From Candidatus Micrarchaeia archaeon (GTDB lineage Archaea; Micrarchaeota; Micrarchaeia; Micrarchaeales; CABMGC01): a stretch of DNA of 18,201 nucleotides. Where the stretch lies: NCBI GenBank assembly GCA_049964835.1, contig JBMFWW010000003.1:1-18201 (forward strand), given 5' to 3'. A program made the translations under genes and the position numbers. The notes under the pieces are model-generated. The model ran no database searches and was not told where the DNA came from. It saw only the letters and a list, made by a program, of their open reading frames with translations. Below, in pieces: positions 8,461-17,332 of this stretch. Within the stretch, counting starts at the first letter, position 1. Every line of letters starts with the position of its first letter.

Positions 8461-9099
8461 TTAATTACTCGAGATTGTTAGGGTACCAATTATAAAATCG
8501 CCATATGTTTTAACAGTTAACTTCATATTGCATTGCTTTGCTATGCTTACTAATTGATCCTTTGATATTGAGTGTGAGCCTACAAACTTCTTACCTAAAC
8601 CTGGCAAATCCTTATTATATTCATATATTATTAACTTACCAGATTTATTTAATAGTTTTTTAAGATATACTATAGATTCTTCCTTTTTTGCCCAATGGTG
8701 AAAAGAAAGTGAAGTGAATATAACATCAAAGTGCATTTTAAAAGGGACGTTTGTACTGCTACCTAATGAAAAAACGGTATTTTCCATTCCTTTGCTTTTG
8801 CGATTTGCGATATTTACCATTTGAATTGATGGATCTATCCCATAGAGTTGAACCTTATTGTTTTTTTTATTTTTTAAAATTTTATTGATCTCTATTGGAA
8901 TTGTGCCAGGACCGGTACCAATATCTAAGATTTTTGTAGCAGTTGGATTGTTTTCTATTATGTCTTTTGCGACAAACTTTGAAAACTTTTTATAACTCCC
9001 AGTATTTGTAAGTAATGAGTATAAAAATGACATTATAAGGCCGAATTTTTCATCTTTCTTCTGATATAGATTCTTTCTTTTTTTGAACATGTTGAACAC
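8461..9099 (-). CDS. Class I SAM-dependent methyltransferase (UbiE/Methyltransf_11/25-like); ATG at 9090 is an alternative start
   Basis: Motif I ILDIGTGPG, YGIDPSIQMV, PF...FDVIFTSLSFHHW, LLNKSGKLIIYE. Confidence 0.92.
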   Translation of the reverse strand: MFNMFKKRKNLYQKKDEKFGLIMSFLYSLLTNTGSYKKFSKFVAKDIIENNPTATKILDIGTGPGTIPIEINKILKNKKNNKVQLYGIDPSIQMVNIANRKSKGMENTVFSLGSSTNVPFKMHFDVIFTSLSFHHWAKKEESIVYLKKLLNKSGKLIIYEYNKDLPGLGKKFVGSHSISKDQLVSIAKQCNMKLTVKTYGDFIIGTLTISSN

Positions 9100-9157
9100 T
9101 TGTGTTAATTTATAGCTAGTGTTCTACTATTGCTATGCATACGGGTATTTGTATTAT

Positions 9158-9676
9158 TTATAGTAAATCCTCTGGAGTTACTATACCCAATATAGAGCTT
9201 CTATTTATTACAATTATTGCAGGATATTGTTTTAGAATATTACTTGCTATGCTTAAAGGAGTATTTTGATTTAGTGTTGGAAATGGCTCTTTCATTACAT
9301 TCTTTATAACTACATTCTTGTTAATTCCTATAAGAGTACTGGTAGTTATTGAGCCTATAATATTGTTTTTTTCTATTACTGGAAATTGTGATATTGAATA
9401 CTTTTTAGCTATATTTGCTGTTTTCCCAACAGTATCAGAACTTTTTAATGTTATAACGTGTTTTCTCATTATGTCTGATAGTACCTTTTCTTTTTTGTAT
9501 TCATATTCATCCAATACCTCAAATATATCGCAAGCTATTTTATAGTTAGGAATTACGATTCCTCTTTCAATTTTTGTTAATAGTGATTGACTTATGTCTA
9601 CCTTTTGTGCTAGGGCATTTTGAGTAATATTAAGTCTTTTTCTTCTTAATTGTATTGAAGATAATTCAGGAAACAT
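9158..9676 (-). CDS. Predicted transcriptional regulator, XRE/Cro HTH plus C-terminal CBS pair (COG3620-like)
   Basis: RRKRLNITQNALAQKVDISQSLLTKIERG HTH, then CBS motifs DIMRKHVITL, ISQFPVI...IIGSIT, VMKEPFPTL...ILGIVTPEDLL. Confidence 0.93.
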   Translation of the reverse strand: MFPELSSIQLRRKRLNITQNALAQKVDISQSLLTKIERGIVIPNYKIACDIFEVLDEYEYKKEKVLSDIMRKHVITLKSSDTVGKTANIAKKYSISQFPVIEKNNIIGSITTSTLIGINKNVVIKNVMKEPFPTLNQNTPLSIASNILKQYPAIIVINRSSILGIVTPEDLL

Positions 9677-9715
9677 AATATTTATTCAACAAATAGTATT
9701 ATAAATCTTATCTAA

Positions 9716-9737
9716 AATTATTCATATATGAATAATT
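9716..9737. promoter_or_regulatory. Perfect 22-bp palindrome AATTATTCATATATGAATAATT, candidate operator
   Basis: Exactly self-complementary and centred in the 103-bp divergent spacer, about 40 bp from each start codon. Confidence 0.7.
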
Positions 9738-9779
9738 AATGCAAAAAATATTATATACTCATGAATTAAAAGTTGTTTT

Positions 9780-10958
9780 ATGGAAAGCAAAAGTTTGCAT
9801 AGAAAACCTATTGATGAACAACTAAACGAGATTAATGTAAAAAGGTATGAAACTTTAGATGAATTAAAGTTAGCTTCTAGAGATAATTCTGGAAAATACC
9901 CAAAAAGTAAGTACCCTAGAAGCGGAACTGAAGAACTTTCATTGCTTGAAAGAAAGGTTGGAAATATGTTTGATCTTGATAGTTCTAAGATTGTAGTTTT
10001 TACATATGGTATGGCAGCAGTTGTAGCTGCTATTGAAAGTGCAAGCCCCACCTCTGGAACTATAATTTTACATGGAAAAAATGAATACTCAAACAATAAA
10101 AAGTATATAAATAATACATTAAGTAAAAGACAGATTATTAATGTTGAAACTGATTCTTACAATATAGAAAAACTTGAAGGAATTATTGAGGAAAAAAAGC
10201 CAGGGATTATTTTCCTGGAGAGTATTGCAAATGGGCCTGATATGCCAGTTCTTGATTTGAATAGATTTTTTGAGATTAAATATATTAAAAATAATAAACC
10301 ACTTATTATTATAGATAATACACTTGCTGCAGGATTAATATCTCCTAAGGAAATATTAGAAAGAGATCTTAATGTAATAGGAGTAGAAAGCGGATTCAAA
10401 TTTTATACTTTGCATAGAACTTCATTTGGATTTTTATATAGTAACAATAATGATCTCATTAATAGCATAAAAGAATACAGAAGGCAAACGGGCACGGCGC
10501 CAGATTTACCTCAGACTAAATTAATAAGCTCCAAACTTATAGGTAGATGGGAGCTTTTACAAAGAAATAGTACCATATATAAAAATACTAAAATTATAGC
10601 GTCAATTTGCAATGACATATGCAATGAAAATTCCAAATTTGTAATATCCCATCCTAACTTAAAAAACAACCAAACTTTTGATTTTGTAAATAAAAAATTT
10701 GCAAATGGAGCATCTCCACTATTTTTTATAAATCCCAAAAAAGGAGTAGACCAGTTTGATATAGCAGAGGCATTATTAAACAACGGAGTATTAAGCGAGT
10801 CATGTAGGATTATAGAAAGCTTTGGATATGACTTTACTGCGATATGGCCAAATTCAGATATGAACTTTGTCAGAATTTCTCCAGGAACTGAAAAGGAAGA
10901 AGATGCAATAAAAATAGGAAGTGCTATGAAAGAGTCACTTAGAAAATTTACCGATTGA
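9780..10958 (+). CDS. Cys/Met metabolism PLP-dependent enzyme (cystathionine gamma-synthase/lyase, Met gamma-lyase family), divergent
   Basis: YPRSG...LLERK, FTYGMAAV, IFLESIAN, IIDNT, PLP-lysine region VESGFKFYTLH, ESFG, VRISPGTE. Confidence 0.88.
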   Translation: MESKSLHRKPIDEQLNEINVKRYETLDELKLASRDNSGKYPKSKYPRSGTEELSLLERKVGNMFDLDSSKIVVFTYGMAAVVAAIESASPTSGTIILHGKNEYSNNKKYINNTLSKRQIINVETDSYNIEKLEGIIEEKKPGIIFLESIANGPDMPVLDLNRFFEIKYIKNNKPLIIIDNTLAAGLISPKEILERDLNVIGVESGFKFYTLHRTSFGFLYSNNNDLINSIKEYRRQTGTAPDLPQTKLISSKLIGRWELLQRNSTIYKNTKIIASICNDICNENSKFVISHPNLKNNQTFDFVNKKFANGASPLFFINPKKGVDQFDIAEALLNNGVLSESCRIIESFGYDFTAIWPNSDMNFVRISPGTEKEEDAIKIGSAMKESLRKFTD

Positions 10959-10996
10959 TCTTTAGATATATATTTAAATTAATAATTTGGGATTGT

Positions 10997-11508
10997 ATGT
11001 TTATAGATGAACTTGCTTATGTGTTATTCGCAATAGGATTTGTAGGTATTTTAACACTTTATATGACCTTAAGCGTCTTTTACAATTACAGAAAAAATGT
11101 TAAGAAAAAAGGCAATATAGACATATATCAAATAATAAGTGGGGGATACTTCCATTAGGTGCTGTAGGTATATACTTATTCATAATTTCTTTATGGGGTC
11201 AACTTACATGGCCTTTGCCTGGAAGTTATAATATACTTTTCTTTGATCCACTTATGTCTCTTTCAATAGTGCTAATAGGCTTTGCATGGTCTGTAAGAGC
11301 TAGAATAAAGATTCATTATGTAGGTTTGTTTTCACTCATAGTCGGATTAATGACTATAGATTATGGTATTACGGGATATATGCTAAGATTAACGCAGAGC
11401 CCATTAGCATTTATGGGACTCTTTGTGGCATATGAAATAATAGGTATTCTTGCATTCCCTGTTTCATTAATGATGGTTGCCCCATTTTTTCACCAAATGA
11501 TTTACTAA
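10997..11508 (+). pseudogene. DUF981-family membrane protein split by a 1-bp frameshift (joins ORFs 10955-11158 and 11215-11508)
   Basis: MFIDELA...IISGG from ATG 10997 continues in another frame at the G5 run 11141-11145 as ILPLGAVGIYLFIISLWGQLTWPLPGSYNILFFDP, which carries the DUF981 motif. One extra G gives a single 170-aa ORF. Confidence 0.8.
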
Positions 11509-11639
11509 TCTAAAATTATAAATGTGGGCAATTCAATTTTTGAATAATGGAAGTTAAACAATCGTACAAAATTGAAAGTTTGTCGGTAGGATAAATTTTA
11601 AAAATTTGGGAGATTCTATATATAAAAGCATAAAAAATT

Positions 11640-11712
11640 TGGGGAGTACGAGATTTGAACTCGTGTCACCGCCTCCCGAAGGCGGTAGCCTACCAAGCTA
11701 GCCGAACTCCCC
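11640..11712 (-). tRNA. tRNA-Pro(CGG), CCA not encoded
   Basis: Acceptor GGGGAGT/ACTCCCC-A, anticodon arm CCGCC-TTCGGGA-GGCGG, T arm ACGAG-TTCAAAT-CTCGT. Confidence 0.95.
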
Positions 11713-11744
11713 AAAAAACATTGTAATAAATTATCAAATAAAAT

Positions 11745-12842
11745 TTAGAGGACAGAAACGCCGTCTTTGGTTACAAGTATATCATCTTCGATTCTCGCTC
11801 CGCCAAAACCAGGAAGATATATGCCAGGCTCTACAGTTATGACCATACCTGGCTTAAGAATCTGGTTTGCACCTGGTGAAAAGCCGATGCCATCATGTAC
11901 CTCTATACCTAATGAATGACCAAGAGCATGAATAAAGGTATCTTTATATTTGCCATTTTCAGCAGCGTTTATGTAATCTGCAGCTATCTTGTGTATAGAA
12001 CTACCTTTTACTCCAGGCTTTATTGCATGTATTGCTTTAAGCTGTGCCGATTTTACAGCCTTTATGATCTTTTCGTTTGCGGTGTAGTTTTTAGATTTGT
12101 CATTACCAAATATGAAAGTTCTGGTCATATCTGAACAGTAACCATCTACTTTCGCTCCCGCATCAATAAGTATTATGTCACCTTCGACTAACTTCGTATT
12201 GTCAGGCATATGATGTGGAAGTGCAGCATTTTTACCAAAACAAACTATTGTTGTAAATGAAGGCTTGGAGGAACCCAAAGATGCAGAGATATTATCAAAC
12301 TTTGCTGCAAGTTCCATCTCTGTCATTCCAAGCTTAAACTCCTTTGTAATTAAGACCATCGCCCACTTAGTTATGCTTACTGCTTTCTTTATTTTTTCTA
12401 TTTCTAAACTATCTTTTATAAGCCTTGATTTAGAGCATGCCAAAGATATATCCTTCGTTGCTTTAAAATAGTACCTTTTTTTAATTAGATTATATAATCC
12501 AACAGGTAAAAAGAATTCATTTATTCCTATTGTTTTATTCTTGAGCATTGAGGTAAGTTTAGTCCTAAATTTTGATTTAGAGTCCATTAATACTACTTCA
12601 AATTCTTTTGGAAGATTTTCTCTCGCAGTCTCATATTCTAGGGAAGATGTAAAAAGAGTTGCTTTTTTCTTTTCTAGAATTAAATAACTATACTCATAAA
12701 GTCCACTTGTTAAACCTGTTAGATAAAAAAAGTTTGGGTCTTGTGAATCAGTATTCATTAAAAGTATAACATCAACATCTGGAGCGTATGAAAAAATTTT
12801 TTTAATTCTTGACAAGGTATCTTTGTATTCCATCAATATCAC
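11745..12842 (-). CDS. pepQ: Xaa-Pro dipeptidase/aminopeptidase (M24B); ATG at 12833 is an alternative start
   Basis: Creatinase-N region (NFFYLTG), PHH, IDAGAKVDGYCSDMTRT, HALGHSLGIEVHD, TVEPGIY, GGARIEDDILVT. Confidence 0.94.
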   Translation of the reverse strand: MILMEYKDTLSRIKKIFSYAPDVDVILLMNTDSQDPNFFYLTGLTSGLYEYSYLILEKKKATLFTSSLEYETARENLPKEFEVVLMDSKSKFRTKLTSMLKNKTIGINEFFLPVGLYNLIKKRYYFKATKDISLACSKSRLIKDSLEIEKIKKAVSITKWAMVLITKEFKLGMTEMELAAKFDNISASLGSSKPSFTTIVCFGKNAALPHHMPDNTKLVEGDIILIDAGAKVDGYCSDMTRTFIFGNDKSKNYTANEKIIKAVKSAQLKAIHAIKPGVKGSSIHKIAADYINAAENGKYKDTFIHALGHSLGIEVHDGIGFSPGANQILKPGMVITVEPGIYLPGFGGARIEDDILVTKDGVSVL

Positions 12843-12880
12843 AAAAGTAACTATAATATTACAATATTTTTATATATAAA

Positions 12881-14104
12881 ATGCAATATATAATAGTTTT
12901 GATGCAAAATTTATACACTAACAAGAAAGATTCTGTTTACAAAAGGATGAAAGATCCAATATACCTTAAAAAATATTACAACTTCAAAACAATTGAACTT
13001 ATAAAAAACAATGAAATTTATGGATCTTCTCCTCCAGATCTTTTTGTTGGAAGAATTGGATACCCAGATGTTTATATTGGTCCGCTAGTCCCACCACAAT
13101 TAGGAGACACTTCAATAATGGGAACCCCAGAAAGATGGGCAAATAAAAGTATAACTGAAATAGTAGAAATGAGATCTTTACTTATAAGAGGTATGTATAG
13201 AACAAAGGTAACTAATCCTGATAAGGGGAGATTTGAAGAGCTAATTAAAGAAATAGCATTGTCAGATAAATTTGGTACTGTCGATATAAAATTAAAACAT
13301 ACACCTAAAAATTCTGTGAGATTAGATGAAAATACTCAACCTTTCGGACCTAGTGCGCCGATAACTGATATGCATATTTATGATATGAAAGCTAATAAAC
13401 AGATAGAAAATGCTTATTCAGATACTGCATTAAGTGCTACCGATGCAATGGTAGAGCTTTATGAAAAGGGATTAGAAGTCTCAAAAATACAAAAAGCGTT
13501 ATCTGCTGGATTGTTAGGTAGAAAAAATATGCGCAGGTTTGTTCCGACCAGATGGAGTATTACTGCTACTGATGACACACTATCAAAAAATAAATTATCA
13601 CGAATAAAAGAGATGGATACCTTTGATGGTTTTAGAGTTTATTACAATGTTGCGCTAGATAATAGATGGCTTATAATAATCATGCCAGGGATGTGGGAAT
13701 ATGAATCAATGGAGGCTTGGTATCCAGATACAGCTTGGAATAAATCTGGAAATGAAATTGAAATAGGTGCATCTTATGAACCTTTTGATGGAAGAAAAAC
13801 ATATGCAGAAATAGGTGGTTGCTACTATGCGGCAAGACTAGCAGTAAGCGAACTTCTTGAGAATGAAGAAAAACAAGGCAAGGTAATAATATTAAGGGAG
13901 GTACATCCAGGATACATAATGCCAGTAGGAGTTTGGAATGTAAGAGAACACGTAAGGGAAACGCTAAAAAAAGAACCAAAATATTTTAGTAGTATTTATG
14001 AGGCACTAGATTTTGCAGGAAAAAATCTTGAGATAAATATAAAGACATGGATTAGAAATAGTACTTTGCTTAAAAGAGTTATATACCAAAAAAGGCTATT
14101 TTAA
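12881..14104 (+). CDS. nreA: Archaeal Nre DNA repair protein (DUF650/DUF651); ATG at 12902 is an alternative start
   Basis: GSSPPDLFVGRIGYPDVYIGPL, RRFVPTRWSITATD, GGCYYAARLAV, LREVHPGYIMPVGVWNVRE, C-terminal PIP-like QKRLF. Confidence 0.93.
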   Translation: MQYIIVLMQNLYTNKKDSVYKRMKDPIYLKKYYNFKTIELIKNNEIYGSSPPDLFVGRIGYPDVYIGPLVPPQLGDTSIMGTPERWANKSITEIVEMRSLLIRGMYRTKVTNPDKGRFEELIKEIALSDKFGTVDIKLKHTPKNSVRLDENTQPFGPSAPITDMHIYDMKANKQIENAYSDTALSATDAMVELYEKGLEVSKIQKALSAGLLGRKNMRRFVPTRWSITATDDTLSKNKLSRIKEMDTFDGFRVYYNVALDNRWLIIIMPGMWEYESMEAWYPDTAWNKSGNEIEIGASYEPFDGRKTYAEIGGCYYAARLAVSELLENEEKQGKVIILREVHPGYIMPVGVWNVREHVRETLKKEPKYFSSIYEALDFAGKNLEINIKTWIRNSTLLKRVIYQKRLF

Positions 14105-14161
14105 ATTAAGTGCATTGCTTCTCAAGAATAATAAAAAACATAAATTTGAAGAGTATTTTAG

Positions 14162-16357
14162 CTAAATAGATATAGTATTTTCTCTGCCACTAATTATTAT
14201 AAAAAATAATGTATCTTTCTTTTTATCGCCAAGTATTTGTAGTTCACAATTCTTTTCTGAAGGTATTTTGTAAAATTCTGCTGCACCTTCTTCACTAGTT
14301 AAACCGCTAAAAATAATCTCTTTTAAATAATAAACTCTTATTTTTTTGTATTTTATTGGATTTGAATTTTTATCTAAAATAATTATTAAGGTTCGAGTAA
14401 TATCATTTTTAAATTCTGTAACATAATTAAATTTCTTTTTTGGTAGATATGTATAAGGTTTTATGAATAATGAATTACCAACCTCTCTAAAGCCAGAATT
14501 ATTTTTTATAGGAGTTATTGCACAAGTACCGCTTTCTAACATCTTTAACTTTTCTACCACATCATCTGAATAAATTATTGGAAAGAGAAGATCATTAAAT
14601 GCCATTTTTGCCGAATCAGAACTTTGCCTAAAGTAAAACTTTAACTGACATAATCTACGTATTCTAAGATTTATGTCTGAAACGTTGTGTGTTATCAAAA
14701 ATAGGCCTATTCCCTTTTTCCTAAAATCCTGTATTCTTTGAAGCATATCGAAAGATGCAGCAGATTCATCATCATTAAATATTAACTGTGCTTCTTCTAA
14801 ACATATTAGCATACGTAAAGATTCATCTCCGTATATATCAAAAGTATCAGATAATCCATATATTTGATTTAGTATTAATGCATAAAAAAATGGTTTTAGT
14901 GTATTGCTGATTTTAAAAAGATTGAATACAACACCTTTTTTGAGAATACTATTAATATCTAAGCCGTCAGCGTAAGCGAATTGTGCTTTTTTTAACATTA
15001 AACGGAGTGGTTCTAATGCAGCAATTATATTTTCGCCATGTTTTGTCAGTTTTATCCCAGTAGAGGATATTTTTCCATGTCTTTCAACAACTTTATCAAA
15101 TATTTCTGAGTATACCATTTCTGGTTCTGGTTTTTTCGTTTTCTCATATATATTACTAAATGCACTAAGCAAACATTTTTCCATAGCGTTTTTATAAGGT
15201 CCAGAATTAGAAGCAGATGATATTAACATAGCCAAATTCTCGTAAAACTTTTCTATGTTTAAATTTTCCGGACAATTAAAAAATGATAATTTATTTTTGT
15301 CATCATATAATGTAATTATTTCAAGATTATTTTCAAGTGCAAAATTGTTCCATTCTTCAGTTGGAGATATTACAACTACAGGAGTTCTTGATTTTGATAA
15401 TATTTGACTTATTAAATACATTGAAGAGGATGTTTTACCGGTTCCTGGAACTCCAGTAACTAATGTGCCAAGATTAAACGCGTTTCTATTTGAAAAAATT
15501 TCTCTCTTAGTGTCCTTTATAGACCCCTCCAGACAAGTACCTATTGCTATATCACCAATGTATTCTGAAATTGGAGTATTTATTATTTTATTTTTTACTA
15601 ATGAATTTGAAAAAAATATTATAGACTCTAATCTTTTTTCTGAAAAAGGTATTATCATCATATTTTTGAAAGTTGAAAAATTTAAATTAACAGGAGAAGC
15701 TCTTACTGTACATGTTTTTATAAACATTACCTTTGATTTTAGATATGATATAATATCTGTGTTATTTCTTTCTACTGATATTAAAATATGATAAGAAGAG
15801 CTATTAGCTAAAATAATTTCATTTAACATGTTTAAGATTGAAGATGAAATATTTTTCTCGGCAGAGTTGTAGAATAACTCATATTGATTAGATTCGGTTC
15901 TAGAACCAAAACCAATACCAAAATTTATTTGATTACTTTTTTTAACTTCAATTATACTAAGTCTATTTTCAATTTCTTCTTTTAATGAAGATACTTTATT
16001 GCTATCTGATCGAATAAATAAGATTGACATAAATGTGTCTTTACCAGAAAAAAGTTCATATGCTTCAGTAAATAGCTCTTTTAACTGCTTTTTTTCATCA
16101 AAATTTAATTCGAAGTAAGGAGAAATCAGTAATAATTCCTTGTTATTTTTATTAAAATCAGTTTCAACCATTTTAAAACCTAATATCGAATTAACGAAAG
16201 TGTCTGAAGTGCTATTTTTATCTAATAATAAATAGGTTTTTGATTCTTTGAAATCGTGGTATAGTCCAAAGGACAAGCCAAGCATTGATTTTATAAATAT
16301 TGAATGATCTAATTTTTCTGGTAATTCTTGTATTAAAAAGATTCTTTGATTTTCCAT
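14162..16357 (-). CDS. HerA/FtsK/VirB4-superfamily (DUF87-like) P-loop ATPase with long N-terminal region and C-terminal beta-sandwich domain
   Basis: IAIG...GTLVTGVPGTGKT (Walker A, 15431-15454), VVVISPTEEW, LICLEEAQ (Walker B), FRKKGIGLFLITHNVSDI (arginine-finger and following strand), LKFYFR. Confidence 0.88.
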   Translation of the reverse strand: MENQRIFLIQELPEKLDHSIFIKSMLGLSFGLYHDFKESKTYLLLDKNSTSDTFVNSILGFKMVETDFNKNNKELLLISPYFELNFDEKKQLKELFTEAYELFSGKDTFMSILFIRSDSNKVSSLKEEIENRLSIIEVKKSNQINFGIGFGSRTESNQYELFYNSAEKNISSSILNMLNEIILANSSSYHILISVERNNTDIISYLKSKVMFIKTCTVRASPVNLNFSTFKNMMIIPFSEKRLESIIFFSNSLVKNKIINTPISEYIGDIAIGTCLEGSIKDTKREIFSNRNAFNLGTLVTGVPGTGKTSSSMYLISQILSKSRTPVVVISPTEEWNNFALENNLEIITLYDDKNKLSFFNCPENLNIEKFYENLAMLISSASNSGPYKNAMEKCLLSAFSNIYEKTKKPEPEMVYSEIFDKVVERHGKISSTGIKLTKHGENIIAALEPLRLMLKKAQFAYADGLDINSILKKGVVFNLFKISNTLKPFFYALILNQIYGLSDTFDIYGDESLRMLICLEEAQLIFNDDESAASFDMLQRIQDFRKKGIGLFLITHNVSDINLRIRRLCQLKFYFRQSSDSAKMAFNDLLFPIIYSDDVVEKLKMLESGTCAITPIKNNSGFREVGNSLFIKPYTYLPKKKFNYVTEFKNDITRTLIIILDKNSNPIKYKKIRVYYLKEIIFSGLTSEEGAAEFYKIPSEKNCELQILGDKKKDTLFFIIISGRENTISI

Positions 16358-16360
16358 AAA

Positions 16361-16615
16361 TCATACCAAATAAACAAAAAGAACTACTAAAGACATTAAA
16401 AAAATATAATAAGTAAATTTCTTATCGAATAATAAAAAGTGCTTATTTTTTATTATAACATAAAATATAGGTGATGTAGCTCCGAGTATGAGTAAGTAGG
16501 CGTATATATTTTGATTTAAATAAATAAGAACAGATAACTCTGATATCAGAATATCTATCGACAAAATGCCTTTTGTAAATACATTGTTATTATTAAAATC
16601 AAAAAACTCTTTCAT
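16361..16615 (-). CDS. Small membrane protein (2-3 TM)
   Basis: Hydrophobic segments; ATGA overlap with the upstream gene and 3 bp from the ATPase start. Confidence 0.75.
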   Translation of the reverse strand: MKEFFDFNNNNVFTKGILSIDILISELSVLIYLNQNIYAYLLILGATSPIFYVIIKNKHFLLFDKKFTYYIFLMSLVVLFVYLV

Positions 16616-16797
16616 AATATCATCAGTATTTTAATAATTATTGAAAGTACTACAAAGGCTAAAAGACGGTCAATAAAAAATGTATGAACTTTTCTATTTT
16701 TAGAAAGTACTAAAGAAAATGAAGAAATAAGTGAAAAGATTCCAGCAATAACTCCAATTAAAATGCTTAAGAATTGCAATAGAAAATAAAAATGCAT
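16612..16797 (-). CDS. Small two-TM membrane protein
   Basis: Helix - basic loop (SKNRKVH) - helix; 4-bp gap to the upstream gene and ATGA overlap downstream. Confidence 0.7.
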   Translation of the reverse strand: MHFYFLLQFLSILIGVIAGIFSLISSFSLVLSKNRKVHTFFIDRLLAFVVLSIIIKILMIL

Positions 16798-16801
16798 ACC
16801 A

Positions 16802-17332
16802 TCATTTATTTAAAATATATATTATATTTGGATCTGAAAATGTACAGTTCCATAAAAGTAGAGAACCTAATTCATCACAGTTCAATAATTTTGAACAAAA
16901 AATTTCATTATTAAGAATAAGTATATTTGTATTATTATCACAGTAATACAGCTTTATTAATTTGTTATTTACAGTAGTATTATTGCAAGTAAAATTTTTA
17001 TAAATAACTGATAAATCAGAGTTTATTTTTGTTGTTATTATATCTCTTATTTTTTTAGAATTTGTTGAGAAATAATTGCCGAAATTTAGAAAGTTATCTG
17101 CATTTTTTAGTAGTATATTAATATCAGAAATATCGTTAAATGATAGTGTTTCATTTAGTTCGTAGACCTTTGAATTATTTGGAAGAATAAGCTTTTTTGA
17201 TTGCTTTATGTTTTCAAAATCTATTGAGGAGTATAATCTTATTGTTCTTTTTAAATAATTAAAAGATCTAATAATAAACATTATTATGATTCCGAAAATA
17301 ATTATTAAAAAATCAAGTATGTAAGAGGTCAT
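16802..17332 (-). CDS. N-terminally membrane-anchored hypothetical protein with five Cys in its C-terminal third
   Basis: N-terminal TM helix ILDFLIIIFGIIIMFII; ATGA overlap with the upstream gene. Confidence 0.75.
   Translation of the reverse strand: MTSYILDFLIIIFGIIIMFIIRSFNYLKRTIRLYSSIDFENIKQSKKLILPNNSKVYELNETLSFNDISDINILLKNADNFLNFGNYFSTNSKKIRDIITTKINSDLSVIYKNFTCNNTTVNNKLIKLYYCDNNTNILILNNEIFCSKLLNCDELGSLLLWNCTFSDPNIIYILNK

Noticed and set aside
9318..10783. ORFs 9318-9545, 9722-10096, 10157-10399, 10511-10783
   Set aside because: Antisense to the HTH-CBS regulator or the PLP enzyme.
10955..11508. Two independent small membrane proteins
   Set aside because: They are halves of one frameshifted DUF981 gene; the TTG at 11215 falls inside the conserved WPLPGSYN motif.
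11916..15791. ORFs 11916-12134, 12265-12471, 13680-13979, 15465-15791
   Set aside because: Antisense shadows of pepQ, nreA and the ATPase.
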